From the human T2T-CHM13v2.0 reference genome, Homo sapiens, in the NCBI RefSeq assembly GCF_009914755.1, contig NC_060943.1: a DNA stretch of 64,000 nucleotides. One strand, given 5' to 3'. Every line of letters begins with the position of its first letter. Within the stretch, counting starts at the first letter, position 1. A program made the translations under genes and the position numbers. Below, in pieces: positions 12,901 to 31,636 of this stretch. The notes beneath the pieces are model-generated. The model was not told where the DNA came from, searched no databases, and was given only the letters and a program-made list of their open reading frames with translations.

Positions 12901-14067
12901 TGAGATCATGAGATTGTGAGATCATGAGTGAGATCGTGAGTTAGTGAGTCTGTGACTGAGATCGTGAGTGAGATCGTATGTGAATGAGTGAGATCGTGAG
13001 TTAGATCATGAGTGAAATCGTGAGAGACTGTGAGTGAGATCGTGAGTGAATGAGATCGTGAGTGAGATCGTTTGAGTCTGTGAGATTTTGAGTGAGATCG
13101 TGAGTGAATGATATTGTGAGATTATGAGTGAGTGAGATAGTGAGTCTGTGAGATCGTGAGTGAGATTGTGAGTCTGTGAGATCATGAGTGAGATCGTGAG
13201 TGAGATCGTGAGTGAGATCGTGAGTGAGATCATGAGTGAGATCGTGAGTGATGGAGATCGTGAGTCTGTGAGTGAATGAGATTGTGAGTGAGTCTGTGAG
13301 TGAGATTGTGAGTGAGATCATGAGTCTGTGAGTGTGAGCATGAGATCGTGAGTCTGAGTGAGATGGTGAGTGAGATTGTGAGTGAGATCATGAGTGAGTG
13401 ACATCGTGAGTGAGATCGTGAGATTGTGAGATGAGATCATGAGTGAGGTGAGTGAGTGAGATCATGAGGTGAGTGAGATCGTGAGATTTTGAGTCTGTGA
13501 GTGAGATCGTGAGTGAGATCGTGAGTCTGAGATCATGAGTGAGATCATGAGTGAGATCGTGATTGAGATGGTGAGTCTGTGAGTGAATGAGATCGTGATT
13601 GAGATGGTGAGTATGAGTGAATGAAATTGAGATTGTGTGTCTGTGAGATCGTGAGTGAGATCATGAGTACGTGAGACTGTGAGTATGTGAGGGAGTGAGA
13701 CCGTGAGATCGTGAGTGAGATCGTGAGTCTGTGAGATCATCAGTGAGATAGTGAGATCATAAGTCTGTGAGATAGATCGTGAGTGAGATTGTGAGATCGT
13801 GAGATCATGAGTCTGAGATCGTGAGATTGTCAGATCATGAGTCAGTGAGATCGTGAGATTGTGAGTGAGATCATGAGTGAAATCGTGACTGAGATCGTGA
13901 GATCCTGAGTCTGTGAGTGAGTGAATGAGATCGTGAGTGAGTCAGTGAGATCGTGAGTGAGATCGTGAGTCTGTGAGTGAATGAGATCGTGAGTGAGTCT
14001 GAGTGAGTGAGATTGTGAGTGGGATCATAAGTGAGTCTGTGAGTGAGTGAGTGAGTCTGAGTGAGAG
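9955..14067. repeat. About 4.1 kb cryptic simple repeat built from GTGA, GATC and GTCT tetramers (GTGAGATC/GTGAGT)n
   Basis: Read directly; internal duplication of about 370 bp (cagcc landmark at 10361 and 10729). Confidence 0.95.
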
Positions 14068-14179
14068 ACCCTCCTCTAGGATCGAGGAGAACAGGAGCAG
14101 AAAGAAGAGCTGGAGGTAGGTCCAGGGAACCAGCAGCTGGGGCATCCCTGTCCCCATCCCCCCGAGGGCAGAGGCTGAC

Positions 14180-14336
14180 CTGGTCGAGGGCCGTGAGGGC
14201 GCAGGGCTGTGTCAGGGCCAGCCTGGAGTCCACTAGCCCGCCCAGCGGCGGCTCCTTCCCCGGGATGCTGTTGTAGTAATTGTGCTCCAAAGAGTCCTCC
14301 TCGTCCCCCCAGGCCGACTCCTCCGGCCCTGCCAGC
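14180..14336 (-). CDS. SHC2: SHC2 exon 8 (LAGPEESAWGDEEDSLEHNYYNSIPGKEPPLGGLVDSRL...ALDQ), CH1 with YYN site
   Basis: ccccag|G acceptor, CAG|gtcagc donor, 157 nt; Shc twin-tyrosine YYNxxPGKEPP motif. Confidence 0.95.
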
Positions 14337-15074
14337 CTGGGGGACAGACAACAACGGCCATGGCACAGGCAGGGCCCAAGGGGGCTAAAGCCTTACGGCT
14401 TGAGCTTCTGGGGGAGCAGGAAATATCTGAGTTCGAATCCCAGCCCCCCACCTGTCACTGAGGGTTCCTACCGGGAAACGCTTCTAGAGCCAGTGACCAG
14501 GCCCACTACTTCCTCATCTATAAAATGGAATGTTGCACACATTTCCGAGCTGTAGCACAAAAGGCAGGTCGTTGGCAAACCCAGTCTCCACTCCTTTCTG
14601 CCCACCTCCGGCCCCGCCCGGCAGCAGAGGGCATGAGCCAAGTTTATACCCAGAACCAGGACATCACCGGTCAGGGTGGCAACTCTCTGGGATCAAAGCG
14701 CCCCCGCCCTCTGGCCCCGATGGCACTGGCAGGAATTGATCCTGCAGGTGCTCCTCAGCAAGCACGGCCCCGAGAGCCAGAGGGGTGCACCCCACCTGGC
14801 CCACAGTCGCTGCTGGGATAAATTATGAAGCAGCCTACGGAAGGCAGAGGCAGCTCTGGAGGCAGGCGAGGAGCCCGTCTCAGCTTCGGAGCGTGCTGAG
14901 CAACGTGCATCAAGCACGCTGTCCCCGTGCACAAAGGGGTGAGTGTGAGCAGGCGTGCGATGCCGCCTCCCTCGTGACCAGCAGGCTGGGAGCTCATGCA
15001 CCTGCACCTGCCCTCCCACCATTGGAGGAAGCTGACTTTCTAATGATGAATAGAGACTTAAATAGCTCCTTCTC

Positions 15075-15310
15075 CAAGGCCAGCTGGCAAACCCCAGCCC
15101 AGGGCCAAATCCAGCTCACCGCCTAGATCTGTGTGGCCCACGAGCTAAGAATGGGCTTTCAATCTTTAAATTATCAAAGTTAAGTGTTTGAGAAAACATC
15201 TAGAGAATCATATTTTGCAACACGTGGCATTCACACTTCAATGTCTATAAAAAACGTGTTACCAGCACACAGACACGTCCCCCCCTTTACACATGTTCTG
15301 CGGTGAGACG
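15075..15310. mobile_element. MER58-like DNA transposon fragment
   Basis: ggcaaac...gggccaaatccagc...ggcccacgagctaagaatgg signature. Confidence 0.55.
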
Positions 15311-15635
15311 GAGGCCGTTTTCTGCCCATTGCGGGAGCCGGCCGCGCGTCTGGAGGAGGGATATTGGTTGTAGCAGCAGGGCTGACAGCCTCAGGCACAC
15401 CGGGGAGTCAGCTTGCTTAGTCCTCCCCAATCCTGGGGGGCAGGCGGGGATGCGTTTACTCGGGTGTTAACAGCCGAGGAAACAGGATCCTCTGGCTGAG
15501 CCATATTCTCACGGGACAGGGAGGGAGGGACAAGGGCAGGACGGAGGCTGAGGCCTGCAGGAGGTGGAGCAGGCTCTGCACCTGGGCAGGTCACTGGGGG
15601 TGTCCCCAGGGCACGGGGGAGGCAGCTCTGGTTAC

Positions 15636-15762
15636 CTTTCTGGGGGCAGCGCCACCTTGGGCGGGCTGTGCAGGTACTGCTTGAAGCGCAGCTCGAAAGC
15701 TTGGCCCACGGTGCTGATGATGCTCTGTGCCAGGCCCTCACAGCACTCCAGGATGTGGCAGG
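15636..15762 (-). CDS. SHC2: SHC2 exon 7 ([43 protein letters not shown]), end of PTB
   Basis: ccgcag|CC acceptor, AG|gtaacc donor, 127 nt. Confidence 0.96.
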
Positions 15763-15850
15763 CTGCGGGCACGTTGGTCATGCAGCCTCCGAGCCACACG
15801 GCCGTGCCCCCCAGCCACAGGACCCCCACCGGCCTCCCCGGGGGCCTCAC

Positions 15851-15902
15851 CTCTCTGGTTGATGGGGTCCTTGGCGACGTAGGCCACGTAATCCGTCATG
15901 TC
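15851..15902 (-). CDS. SHC2: SHC2 exon 6 ([17 protein letters not shown])
   Basis: ccccag|GAC acceptor, AG|gtgagg donor, 52 nt; conserved YVAYVAKDP. Confidence 0.96.
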
Positions 15903-16100
15903 CTGGGGGCGGGGAGGGGCCAGCTGGACCTGCCTGGGCCCCCCACCGGGATTCCCAGCTGCCCACCCCAGCAATGCAGAGAGATGGGGCAGTGGATGTG
16001 GGCACAGGGTACGTTAGGCGGGCTCTGGGGAAGGATGAGAGGGTCTCGCGGCCGGAGGGGGGCGGCAGGGCTGCAGGTCCACCCCCATCCCTGGCCTCAC

Positions 16101-16154
16101 CGTGTCTCCGCCTGACGCGAAGGAGATGGACGGCATGTGGTGGTTGGCGATGAC
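16101..16154 (-). CDS. SHC2: SHC2 exon 5 (VIANHHMPSISFASGGDT)
   Basis: ccacag|GTC acceptor, ACG|gtgagg donor, 54 nt; conserved Shc IANHHMxSISFASGGD motif. Confidence 0.96.
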
Positions 16155-16589
16155 CTGTGGCGGCAGGAGGCACACGCGGTCATGGGGGCCCCGCTTCGAG
16201 GGCAGGGGGCCCGGCAGATGGACCAGGACCACAGCGAAGAGTGGGGCAGGGGCAGGGATGTGGGGATGGAGACGTCTCCTGGACAGGCACCCACTGCAGC
16301 CGGGTCCTGGGTCAGCCTGGACGACCGAGGCTGGGATGTGGAGTCCCCAGCAAGGAAGGGACTAGGGCCCTAAGGGATGTGTGGGGTCCGCAGGAGGTCA
16401 CACGGGAATGTGTGTGAGAGGACAAACCTCCCCCACTGTAACACTTCACACATGTACCTGCCCAGACGCTCACACACACACACCCCAAGCCCCACACACA
16501 TGCACACACACACACACACCCGAAGCAGCCACGGGAGGGACGGCCCCACACTCCTGACTCCCTTGTCCACGTGCAAGGGCACCTGTGAG

Positions 16590-16880
16590 TGCATTTGCAT
16601 GCTTATCTGCATGCTCATTTGTATGCTTGTTTGCCTACTGATCTGCATGCTCGTTTGCATGCTCATCTACTTGCTCGTTTGCGTGGTCATCTGCGTGCTC
16701 GTTTGCGAGCTCATCTGCGTGCTCGTTTGCGTGCTCGTCTGCGTGCTCGTCTGTGTGCTCATCTGCGTGCTCGTCTGTGTGCTCATCTGCATGCTCATCT
16801 GCGTGCTTGTTTGCATGCTCATCTGTGTGCTTGTTTGTGTGCTCGTCTGCGTGCTTGTTTGCATGCTCATTTGCATGGTC
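16590..16880. repeat. 12-bp tandem repeat (TGCTC(A/G)T(C/T)TGC(G/A))n, about 24 copies
   Basis: Read directly; source of the VLVC/MLIC ORFs. Confidence 0.9.
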
Positions 16881-17454
16881 CTGCTTCATTTGCTTCCCGT
16901 CACTCAAATCCCTCTAGGCCCCAGTAAGCCCCCGATACCAGCCACGTCCTGAGTCCTCCCTACAGAACATCCACTTCTCAGCCCCCATAGGGACCCTCGA
17001 GGCTCTCCCCTTGCCAACCCCGGCCCAGCCAGGAGGGTCTGCTTGGAGCCTCAGTATCCTGTCCATATAGTGGTCAGGGGTCCATGCCTCGCAGGGTGGG
17101 GGCAGAGATGGAAATTGCGTGGAAATGGCCCTCAGTCACCCCCCCGCCAGCTCCATCCTTCTCTAGCCTCCTCCCTGGAGCCCCAGCTGCCCCTCACCGC
17201 CACCTGCTGCCACCACACCAGCTCAGAGATGCTGTCTCACCCCAAACTCCTCACGATGATCCATGCTAACTTCTCCGACAAGGCGATGCCTCCTCTTTCA
17301 GCCACACCTGAGATTCCCCTCCTCACCACCTCCCAGAGCCCTCCAGGAAGTCTCTTCTAGCACCCAGAGCCCAGCACATGCTCAGGACACCCCTCACCTG
17401 GCCTCACAATGCTTCCTAAAATCTGTTATTTCCTCTATTTCTGCAATTATAGTT

Positions 17455-17750
17455 TTTTGTTTTTTGGTTTTTTGAGACAGAGTCTCACTCTGTTGCCCAG
17501 GCTGGAGTGCAGTAGTGCAATCTTGGCTCACTGCAACCTCCACTCCCAGGTTCAAGCGATTCTCCTGCCTCAGCCTCCCAAGTAGCTGGGATTACAGGCG
17601 CCCACCACCACACCCGGCTAATCTTTGTATTTTTTGTAGAGTCAGCCATGTTGGCCAGGCTGGTCTCGAACTCCTGACCTCAAGTGATCTGCCCACCCCT
17701 CAGCCTCCCAAAGTGCTGGGGTTACAGGCGTGAGCCACTGAGCCCGGCCT
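17455..17750 (-). mobile_element. Alu, antisense, followed by a short duplication of its 5' end (to about 17790)
   Basis: Poly-T then GAGACAGAGTCTCACTC...GTGAGCCACTGAGCCCGGCC. Confidence 0.93.
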
Positions 17751-17864
17751 CACAGTGCTGGGGTTACAGGCGTGAGCAACCAAGCCCGAGCCTGGTCTGC
17801 AATTATACTTTTGTTGTTTGTTTCCACCTGAGGACTGATAGCCAGGGTTTATCCCCGCCCCTCC

Positions 17865-18000
17865 CCAGGCACTGTGGATGTTGGGACGGACCACTCTCTG
17901 GGGTGGGGCGTCCTGGCCCCTGCAGGGTGCTGAGCAGCGTCCCTGCCCCCACCCACTCCATGCCAGGAGCGCCCCTGTATCAGGACGGCTCGCCCAGGTG
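17865..18000. mobile_element. MER20-like fragment
   Basis: ggcactgtggatgttggg...cctgcagggtgctgagcagcgtccctgcccccacccactccatgccag. Confidence 0.55.
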
Positions 18001-18188
18001 GGAGCCCCTGAGCTGAGCCCCGTGAGGGCAGTGGCTGCACCCCCAGCTCCTGCTCAGCGGGGCCTCGGCTCGTCTTTCTGGATAAACGCCACCTGCTGCC
18101 CGCCCCCAGCACCCCACCTGGCTTTGCCTCCTAGGACTCCTGGCCCCTCTGGGGGTCTGGGGACGCCAGGCGAAGAGGGCAGACCCAC

Positions 18189-18308
18189 CTGGCGCGTGGC
18201 AGGCACGGAGAGGCTGAGGCCATCAGTGGAGATGTGGATGGAGATGCTCATGCCGGCAAAGCGAAGGTTGCTCTTGCCCAGGACGGACGCCAGGGCCTTG
18301 TTGGGGGC
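18189..18308 (-). CDS. SHC2: SHC2 exon 4 (APNKALASVLGKSNLRFAGMSISIHISTDGLSLSVPATRQ)
   Basis: actcag|GCC acceptor, CAG|gtgggt donor, 120 nt. Confidence 0.95.
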
Positions 18309-18440
18309 CTGAGTTGGGGGCGGAGCACAGCGAGGGCGACTGTGGGTGGGGGCTGTCGAGGGGCTCCCAGGATGGCCGCAGCGTCCCCACAGCCCCCGAC
18401 TGCCCCACCAGCCCCACGAGAGACCACAAGCCTCACTCAC

Positions 18441-18501
18441 CTTTTTCTTCCAGGATCCCCGGACGCCAGGCACGGCCTCATGGAGCCGGTTGATGGCTTC
18501 C
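18441..18501 (-). CDS. SHC2: SHC2 exon 3 (EAINRLHEAVPGVRGSWKKK)
   Basis: ccccag|G acceptor, AAG|gtgagt donor, 61 nt, restores phase 0. Confidence 0.95.
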
Positions 18502-19152
18502 CTGGGGTTGGGAGGAGGGGGCTTAAAGAGTGTGGTGGGGGTGGCCATGGAGGGAGCTGGGGAGGAAGGGGTCAGAGAGGGCGGGGGTCTGGGGAGGGGG
18601 CAGGAGCTCAGAGAAGGGCGAGAGAGAGGGGAGAGGAAGGCAGAGAGGGAGGGGTGGGAGAGGATCAGGGGGCCTAAAGTGGGCAGGGAGGGGGCTGGGG
18701 AACCTGGGGGAGGAGTGCCCCACAGGACAGGTGCAGCTTGGGCACCAGCCCACTCCACGTGCGTCCTTGCATCCGGCAGAGGCCCGGCCCCCAGCTCTGG
18801 CCCCTCTACCACCCTCTTTCCCAGGGACCAGTGTGTCCCTGGCCTCGGCCCACAAGGAAGGCTCGGCATCAGATGTGGGGGTTGGAGCAGCGAGCAGGAG
18901 GCCCTGAGCCTGACGCGGGGTCCGTGTCGAGATCCTGTCTGCAGCCTGAGTGGTGGCAGGAGCTGACCCCAAACAAGAGCGCCTCAGACCACTGGTCCCC
19001 AGGAGAGGTTAGAAGTCTACAGGGTCCTGAAGGGGCCCCGGAAATGTCGGCGTCACGTGGAGAAACCAGATCCCCCACCCAGGGCATGTGGGAATTTTCA
19101 CAGCACGGCCACTGTGGAAAACAGCCTGGGGGCTCCTCAAAAGGTTAAAAAT

Positions 19153-19618
<466 letters not shown>

Positions 19619-20332
19619 CTATGAAATGTCCAGGACAGGCCGATCCACAGAGACAGGGAGGGGATGCGTGGGTGCCGGGGCTGGGGAGGGGACGGGGAGT
19701 GGCTGTGATGGGGACGGGGTGTTTTGATGGGGTAATGAGAATGTTCGGAACTAGACAGTGGTGATCGTGTGACTCTGTGAAGAGCCTAAAGTCTCAAACT
19801 GTACATTATATCTCACATACGCACGTGTAAACTGTCTCACATGGTTTTTTTAAGTCTATACGAATGGAATCAACCAGTTTTCACAGAAAAAAAGGGTGTC
19901 GCTCTCTTCCCTGCTTAAGCCCTGGCCATATCCACAGCCCCTGTGATTGCTTTCCAGACACCGCATAGCATCCTGAGGTCACCGTGTGGAAAACAGAGCA
20001 GGGACACGGAGACGCCACTGGGCCCCGGTCCCAGAGGGAACCCGCCAGGCCCTGCACCCCACGCCGTGCGGGGACTTGCCCAGCACCCTGTGAGCGACCG
20101 GCGTGTTCTTTCCATCTTAGAGGATCGAGGTCTGCAGGGCACGGTGACCGACACCTGGCGTGGGGACAGGGCGGAGACGTGGCGTGAAGTGGGAGGGAGG
20201 TGGGGGGCACCGAGGCTGCGTCCTGGGACCCCAGCGCGGCTGTCGGAGAGCCCATCGCTGCCGCCCTCCAGTGCTGCCGCCCTCCAGTGCGTCACTCAGC
20301 CCTACGCGGCCAGGGCAGGGTTGGAGGCTCAC

Positions 20333-20403
20333 CTGGTCACCTGCGTGCGCGTGTTAAAGTCCAGGGAGCGCATAGAGCGGAGAACCTCGATGCAGCCCAT
20401 GTA
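20333..20403 (-). CDS. SHC2: SHC2 exon 2 ([24 protein letters not shown]), PTB domain
   Basis: cctcag|TAC acceptor, AG|gtgagc donor, 71 nt; hallmark Shc PTB peptide. Confidence 0.96.
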
Positions 20404-21624
20404 CTGAGGGGAGAGAACAGGTGTCAGATGCCATCGGAACCCCCGCAGTGGAGCCACGTCCCTTTTCCCAGCAGCCCTTCGCCGCCTCCACCACCCCTGG
20501 GGTCGAGCCCTTTCCTCTGTCCCTGGTGGCTCTGGGGCCGTCGTGCCTCCCCCACCTCAAGGCCCAGCCTTGACACTGTCCTGCGAGCCGCCCCCTCTGA
20601 CTCCAGGCATGTTTTTCTGTGTTGCTGTTTCTCAGGAGCCTGGTGGTTCCCCCAGACGCTCTATGCTGCTTGTTCATTTAACCGTCTTGCCCTCGTCGGT
20701 CTCTTTCTGTTCCACCAGCACCGAAGCCGAGGAGCGTGGGGATGGTGCGATCCTGAGCACTTCCCTATCTCCAGCGCCCAGTTCAGGGTCTGGCAAACAG
20801 TGGGGCAGACGTCCAGGGCAGCCACAGATGCACACACTGCTGGCCTCGCCCTCCACAGGAAGTTTGCGGGCTTCTGGCCCAGACAGCTGTTTCCATGAAA
20901 AGGGAATTCACCATCTCAATGACTGAAAATACTGAGGGACGAGAGGGGCAGAGGCGTCCCACCGAGTCCCTGACCTGCTTCAGTGCCGTAAAGGGTGGGG
21001 GAACAGGGCCAGGAGGCGAAGGCCACAGCGTCCTTCCAACGTTGGCCCTTGCTGGAGGGAGGGTAAGGGGCACAGCCCACGTCATCTCTATGAAATGTCC
21101 TACAGAGGCAGCAAGAGCATGTGTGGGTGCCAGGAGCCGGGGAATGAAGGCTGACACGAACAGGTTTCCTACTGGGGTCATGAGAAATTCTGGAATTAGA
21201 CAGAAGGGGTGGTGGCACGATATTATGAATGTACGAAATGCTACTGAACTGTGAAAAATGCAACATGCAAAATGATGAATAACGTTATGTGAAGTCCACC
21301 TCAGTTTCTTTAAATGATCAACACGCAAACACTTTGACCCTGCAGCTCCATTTTTAGGACTTTACCCCACAGATACATCAGCCTGAGGGCTTCTGAGGTG
21401 TGTACAGGTCACTGTGTGGGCCGGCCCAGGCTCTGCCCCTCTCCACGGCTCCATGTACCTGGAGCAGGGAGAGCAAGGAGCAGAGACAGATGTGAGAATG
21501 CAGGCAGGAAGCAGAGGCCACAGGACCTGGGCTGTGATGACGGGCAGGGGCTCATCCTGGGCCAGCTGGGGAGCCAGGGAGCACTTAAGCAGGGCATGGA
21601 CTAAGCAGCCTCACCTCCTGTTGA

Positions 21625-23720
21625 ATGGATGCATGATGGGTGGATGGACTGACAGAAAGATGGCAGGTGGATGGATGAATGAAAGAATGGATGGAAGATG
21701 AATAGATGGGTGGGTGAGTGGGTGAACGGATGGATGATGGGTGAGTGGATGATGGATGGATGGGTAGATGGATGGACAGGCAGATGGACAATGAATGGAT
21801 GGGTGGGTGGATGGATGGAGGGTGGAAGGATGGATGGATGGGTGGGTGGGTAGATGAGTAGATGAGTGGATGGGTGGATGGATGGATGGACAGATGGATG
21901 GATGGGCGGGTGGATGGATGGATGGATGAATGGGTGGGTGGATGGGTGGGTGGATGGGTGGATGGATGGATGGACGGATGGATGGATGGATGGGTGGGTG
22001 GATGGATGGGTGGGTGGGTGGATGGGTGGGTGGGTGGACGGATGGCTGGATGGATGGGTGGGTGGATGGACGGGTGGGTGGGTGGGTGGATGAGTGAATG
22101 GGTGGATGGATGGATGGGTGGATGGATGGGTGGGTGGATGAGTGGATGGGTGGATGGGTGGGTGGACGGGTGGACGGATGGCTGGATGGATGGGTGGGTG
22201 GATGGACGGGTGGGTGGGTGGGTGGATGAGTGGATGGGTGGATGGATGGATGGATGGGTGGATGGATGGGTGGGTGGATGAGTGGATGGGTGGATGGGTG
22301 GGTGGATGGGTGGACGGGTGGACGGATGGATGGGTGGGTGGATAGATGAGTGGATGGGTGGGTGGATGAATGGATGGATGGACGGGTGGGTGGATGGGTG
22401 GATGGATGGGTGGGTGGATAGATGAGTGGATGGGTGGACGGATGGGTGGGTGAATGGATGGATGGACGGGTGGGTGGATGGGTGGATGGATGGATGCATG
22501 GGTGGGTGGATGGATGGATGAATGGGTGGGTGGGTGGATGAATGGATGGATGGACGGGTGGGTGGATGAGTGGATGGGTGGGTGGATGGATGGAGGGTGG
22601 ATGGATGGACAGATGGGTGGTTGGATGGGTGGACAGATGGGTAGATGGGTGGGTGGATGAATGGATGGATGGATGGGTGGGTAGATGAGTGCATGGGTGG
22701 ATGGGTGGGTAGATGAGTGGATGGGTGAATGGATGGACAGATGGATAGTTGGATGGGTGGACAGATGGATGGATGGGTGGGTGGATGAATAGGTGCATGG
22801 ATGGGTGGGTGGATGAGTGGATGGGTGGATGGATGGATGGGTGGATGGATGTGTAGGTGGATGGGTGGATGGACGGATGGATGGATGGGTGGGTGGATGA
22901 ATGGATGGATGGACGGGTGAGTGGATGGGTGGGTGGATGGATGGACAGATGGATGGTTGGATGGGTGGACAGATGGGTGGATGAATGGATGGATGGATGG
23001 GTGGGTGGATGAGTGGATGGGTGGATGGATGGACAGATGGATGGATGGGTGGATGGATGTGTAGGTGGATGGGTGGATGGACGGGTGGGTGGATGAATGG
23101 ATGGATGGACGGGTGAGTGGATGGGTGGGTGGATGGATGGACAGATGGATGGTTGGATGGGTGGACAGATGGGTGGATGAATGGATGGATGGATGGGTGG
23201 GTGGATGAATGGATGGATGGACGGGTGAGTGGATGGGTGGGTGGATGGATGGACGGATGGTTGGATGGGTGGACAGATGGGTGGATGGATGGATGGATGG
23301 GTGGGTGGATGAATAGGTGGATGGATGGGTGGGTGGATGAGTGCATGGGTGGATGGATGGACGGATGGATGGGTGGATGGATGTGTAGGTGGATGGGTGG
23401 GTGGATGGATGGATGGGTGGGTGGATGGATGGATGGATGGACGGGTGAATGGATGGGTGGGTGGATGGAGGGTGGATGGATGGACGGATGGTTGGATGGA
23501 TGGACAGATGGATGGATGGGTGGATGGATGTGTAGGTGGATGGGTGGATGGACGGATGGATGGATGGGTGGGTGGATGGGTGGATGGATGGAGGGTGGAT
23601 GGATGGACAGGTGGATGGTTGGATGGGTGGACAGATGGGTGGATTGGTGGGTGGATGAATGGATGGATGGATGGGTGGGTGGATGAGTAGATGGATGAAT
23701 GGATGAACAGATGAATGGAC
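21625..23720. repeat. (GGAT/GGGT)n complex microsatellite, about 2.1 kb, SHC2 intron 1
   Basis: Read directly. Confidence 0.96.
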
Positions 23721-24180
23721 TCTAGGCATGTAGTAGACAGGTCATACCTAAAGGAATTAGCCATGGTCCCTGTCCCTAGCACTGGATTCTCCCACTGAGG
23801 AGGCAGCTTTGGTGGGATGCTGGCTGCTCAATGGCTGTCTTCTCTCAGGCAGAGCATGTGCCTCTGGGATGATGTCTGTGCCAGTGTCTGGCGCTACAGG
23901 GCCATAGGGTGAGGGATTCTCATTCCCTTACCTGCCCCCTTATTAACACGTAGCCCACTCCGGTTGTGCGGCTGAAACCCTGAACTGTGTGGTCCATGGG
24001 TCCCGTTGTGGGGACACCAGCCTAGTGCACGGGGGAGGTGGGGGGCAAACCCTCTGTGGCCCACGGCAGCTCACGAGAGGAAATGCAATATCCTATTCGG
24101 TTGAGAACAGGGACTGCAAACTCAGATGCCTACAGCCTTCAGGATCAGCCAGGTAAACACACGAGGTAGGATGCAATGCA

Positions 24181-24388
24181 GTAACGATACCGACACCTCG
24201 CTAACTCAGGGCGCTTGTCACGTGTAAGTCTCTGCTGCGGACACGCTGTGCACAGCATCCTTTAATCCACTGCACGCAGATCCGGTAATGATACCAACAC
24301 CTCGCTAACTCAGGGCGCTTGTCACGTGTGAGGCTCTGCTGTGGACACACTGTGCACGTGGTCTGTTAATCCACTCCACGCAAATCCA
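24181..24388. repeat. Tandem duplication of about 105 bp (2 copies)
   Basis: gtaa(c/t)gatacc...ctcgctaactcagggcgcttgtcacgtgt occurs at about 24181 and 24286. Confidence 0.85.
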
Positions 24389-24669
24389 CATGCCATGGGC
24401 AGCAATGGCCCCTCGGGAAACAGGCCCGGGTGGGAGGGTGACTGACCTCCTGGGCCACACGGCCCGCAGAGCTGGGTCCTGAACCCACACCCCTGGGCTC
24501 CAGGATCTGCACTGCTCCCCCTGCACGACGGGAAGAGGCGGGGACCTCAGCTCACTGCATGTCCCACGCTCCACGGCGCCCAGTGCTGCCGGCCATGTGC
24601 TTTTTTAAAAAAGAGACCAGAAATTCAGGGCTTTTCTGTGAAATTCTCCCAGTTTGTAAATATCGATCT

Positions 24670-26170
<1,501 letters not shown>

Positions 26171-26574
26171 TCCCACAGAAGATGGGGAGGAGCCCTGGCG
26201 GCTTCACATTCAACCTTCCCCTTTGCAAATTCAGAAACTGAGGCCCAGAGAGAAGGCATGACCCAGAACCCACCCCAGGACGTTAAGGGAAGGAGCCACT
26301 GTACAAGTCAGTAAACCGAAGCCCAGAGAGGGGATGGCACCTGGCCGGCCTCACGCACGCAGCAGGCCAGGGCAGATACAAGCCGAGGTCCCCATGTCTG
26401 CACTCCCAGCCTGGGAGACCGTCCGAGTCTCCGCCACCGCCCACGCCAGCCACCGGGACCCACCTCATAGGCTTTGCCATGGTCTGTATCGATGTCATTT
26501 ACTTGGTATTTTCCTTCTAAATAAACTCCACTTACAAACATAATTGCGTTTACTTTTTAAAGGAAATTGCAGGA

Positions 26575-27325
<751 letters not shown>

Positions 27326-27719
27326 TCACACTGCAACCATAACTCCCTGGTTTTCCATTAAAATAAATATATTAATAAAATGAAAAGTGTCCATTCACAC
27401 AAGAACCCTAAGGTTTTGCTAAAACCAGTGCGTGAAGGTTTGCTGGGAGCTGGGAGCCAGGATGTCTGCACAGTGTCAACATCTGTCTCCCCAGATCACG
27501 TTCCAGGGAAGGAAGACCGGATGCCGGGGCCAGGGCTGGGGAGGCCGCAGGCAGCGCTTGGGCTGGAAACGTGCACGGCCTGGCCTGCGAGTGGCTCCCG
27601 GGGCGTGCACTGCGACGTCCCCATGCACCCGAGTCCCAATTCCACGAGTCCCCGCAGATCTTCCTCATTATAAGGGAAATAAACAGAGCTTTACGGGGGA
27701 GAAAAGTCACCTTCACCAA

Positions 27720-29295
<1,576 letters not shown>

Positions 29296-29839
29296 AGACA
29301 GAATAAATGAGGCAAGATGTTAATAATCGGCCAGTCTAGGTGAATGACACATGGGAACTCTTTGTACTAGTCTTCTTTGGAACTTTTCGTCTCAATAGAA
29401 TTCCAAACTTACAAAAGCTCTACGTAGTCTACTGTTCTTGTTTCTTTGATCTAAGGTTGAAACTATTTAAAGGCAAATTTCTTTGACACCCTGCGCCACG
29501 CTGACCAGTGCCGCCCTCCACCCCTGGCCAGGAGGACGCCCCTCCCACTGGCCACAGCCCCCGTCAGTGCCCCTGGCCATGGCTTTCCACAGGGGCGAGG
29601 GGTGTGTGCTGCCCTGGGGGTGCCGCGGAAATGTGGGGCCCTGTTGGCCATCATCGCGAGGCTGGGCAGCCGGCGCTACAGGAGGGGGGGGACTCACAAT
29701 GACACCGAACTGTCCCCAGGGCCTCGGAGCTTCCTCCAGGCATCTTGTGGGGAAAGCCTTCCATGACTGCCACACGCCTCCAACCTAACTCCACGTGGCC
29801 CATGACGCAAGAGAGTGGCGCGTTTTCGTGTGCTTGCTT

Positions 29840-31400
<1,561 letters not shown>

Positions 31401-31636
31401 GCAGCATCGTTTTTATACAAGTTGGACTAAAATAGTTGTTCACTATTTTAGAAGCCAAATCGTCCGTGTGACTCCAGCCGTGGTGTCGGAGCTGCAGAAT
31501 GGCAGCCTGCATCTGCCCCGTCTGTGGCTGTCACAGGAATGGTGGCCTTTGTGGCGGCCTCTGTGCTTCCCGGAGAGTGGACCCTGCACATTTACAGGCT
31601 GAAACATATTTTGAGTTACTAGGAATCACCACCATT

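Noticed and set aside
21585-23782. ORFs of 581-723 aa rich in H/P/S/I/T
   Set aside because: Translations of (TCCA)n microsatellite, open in all three frames, no domain content.
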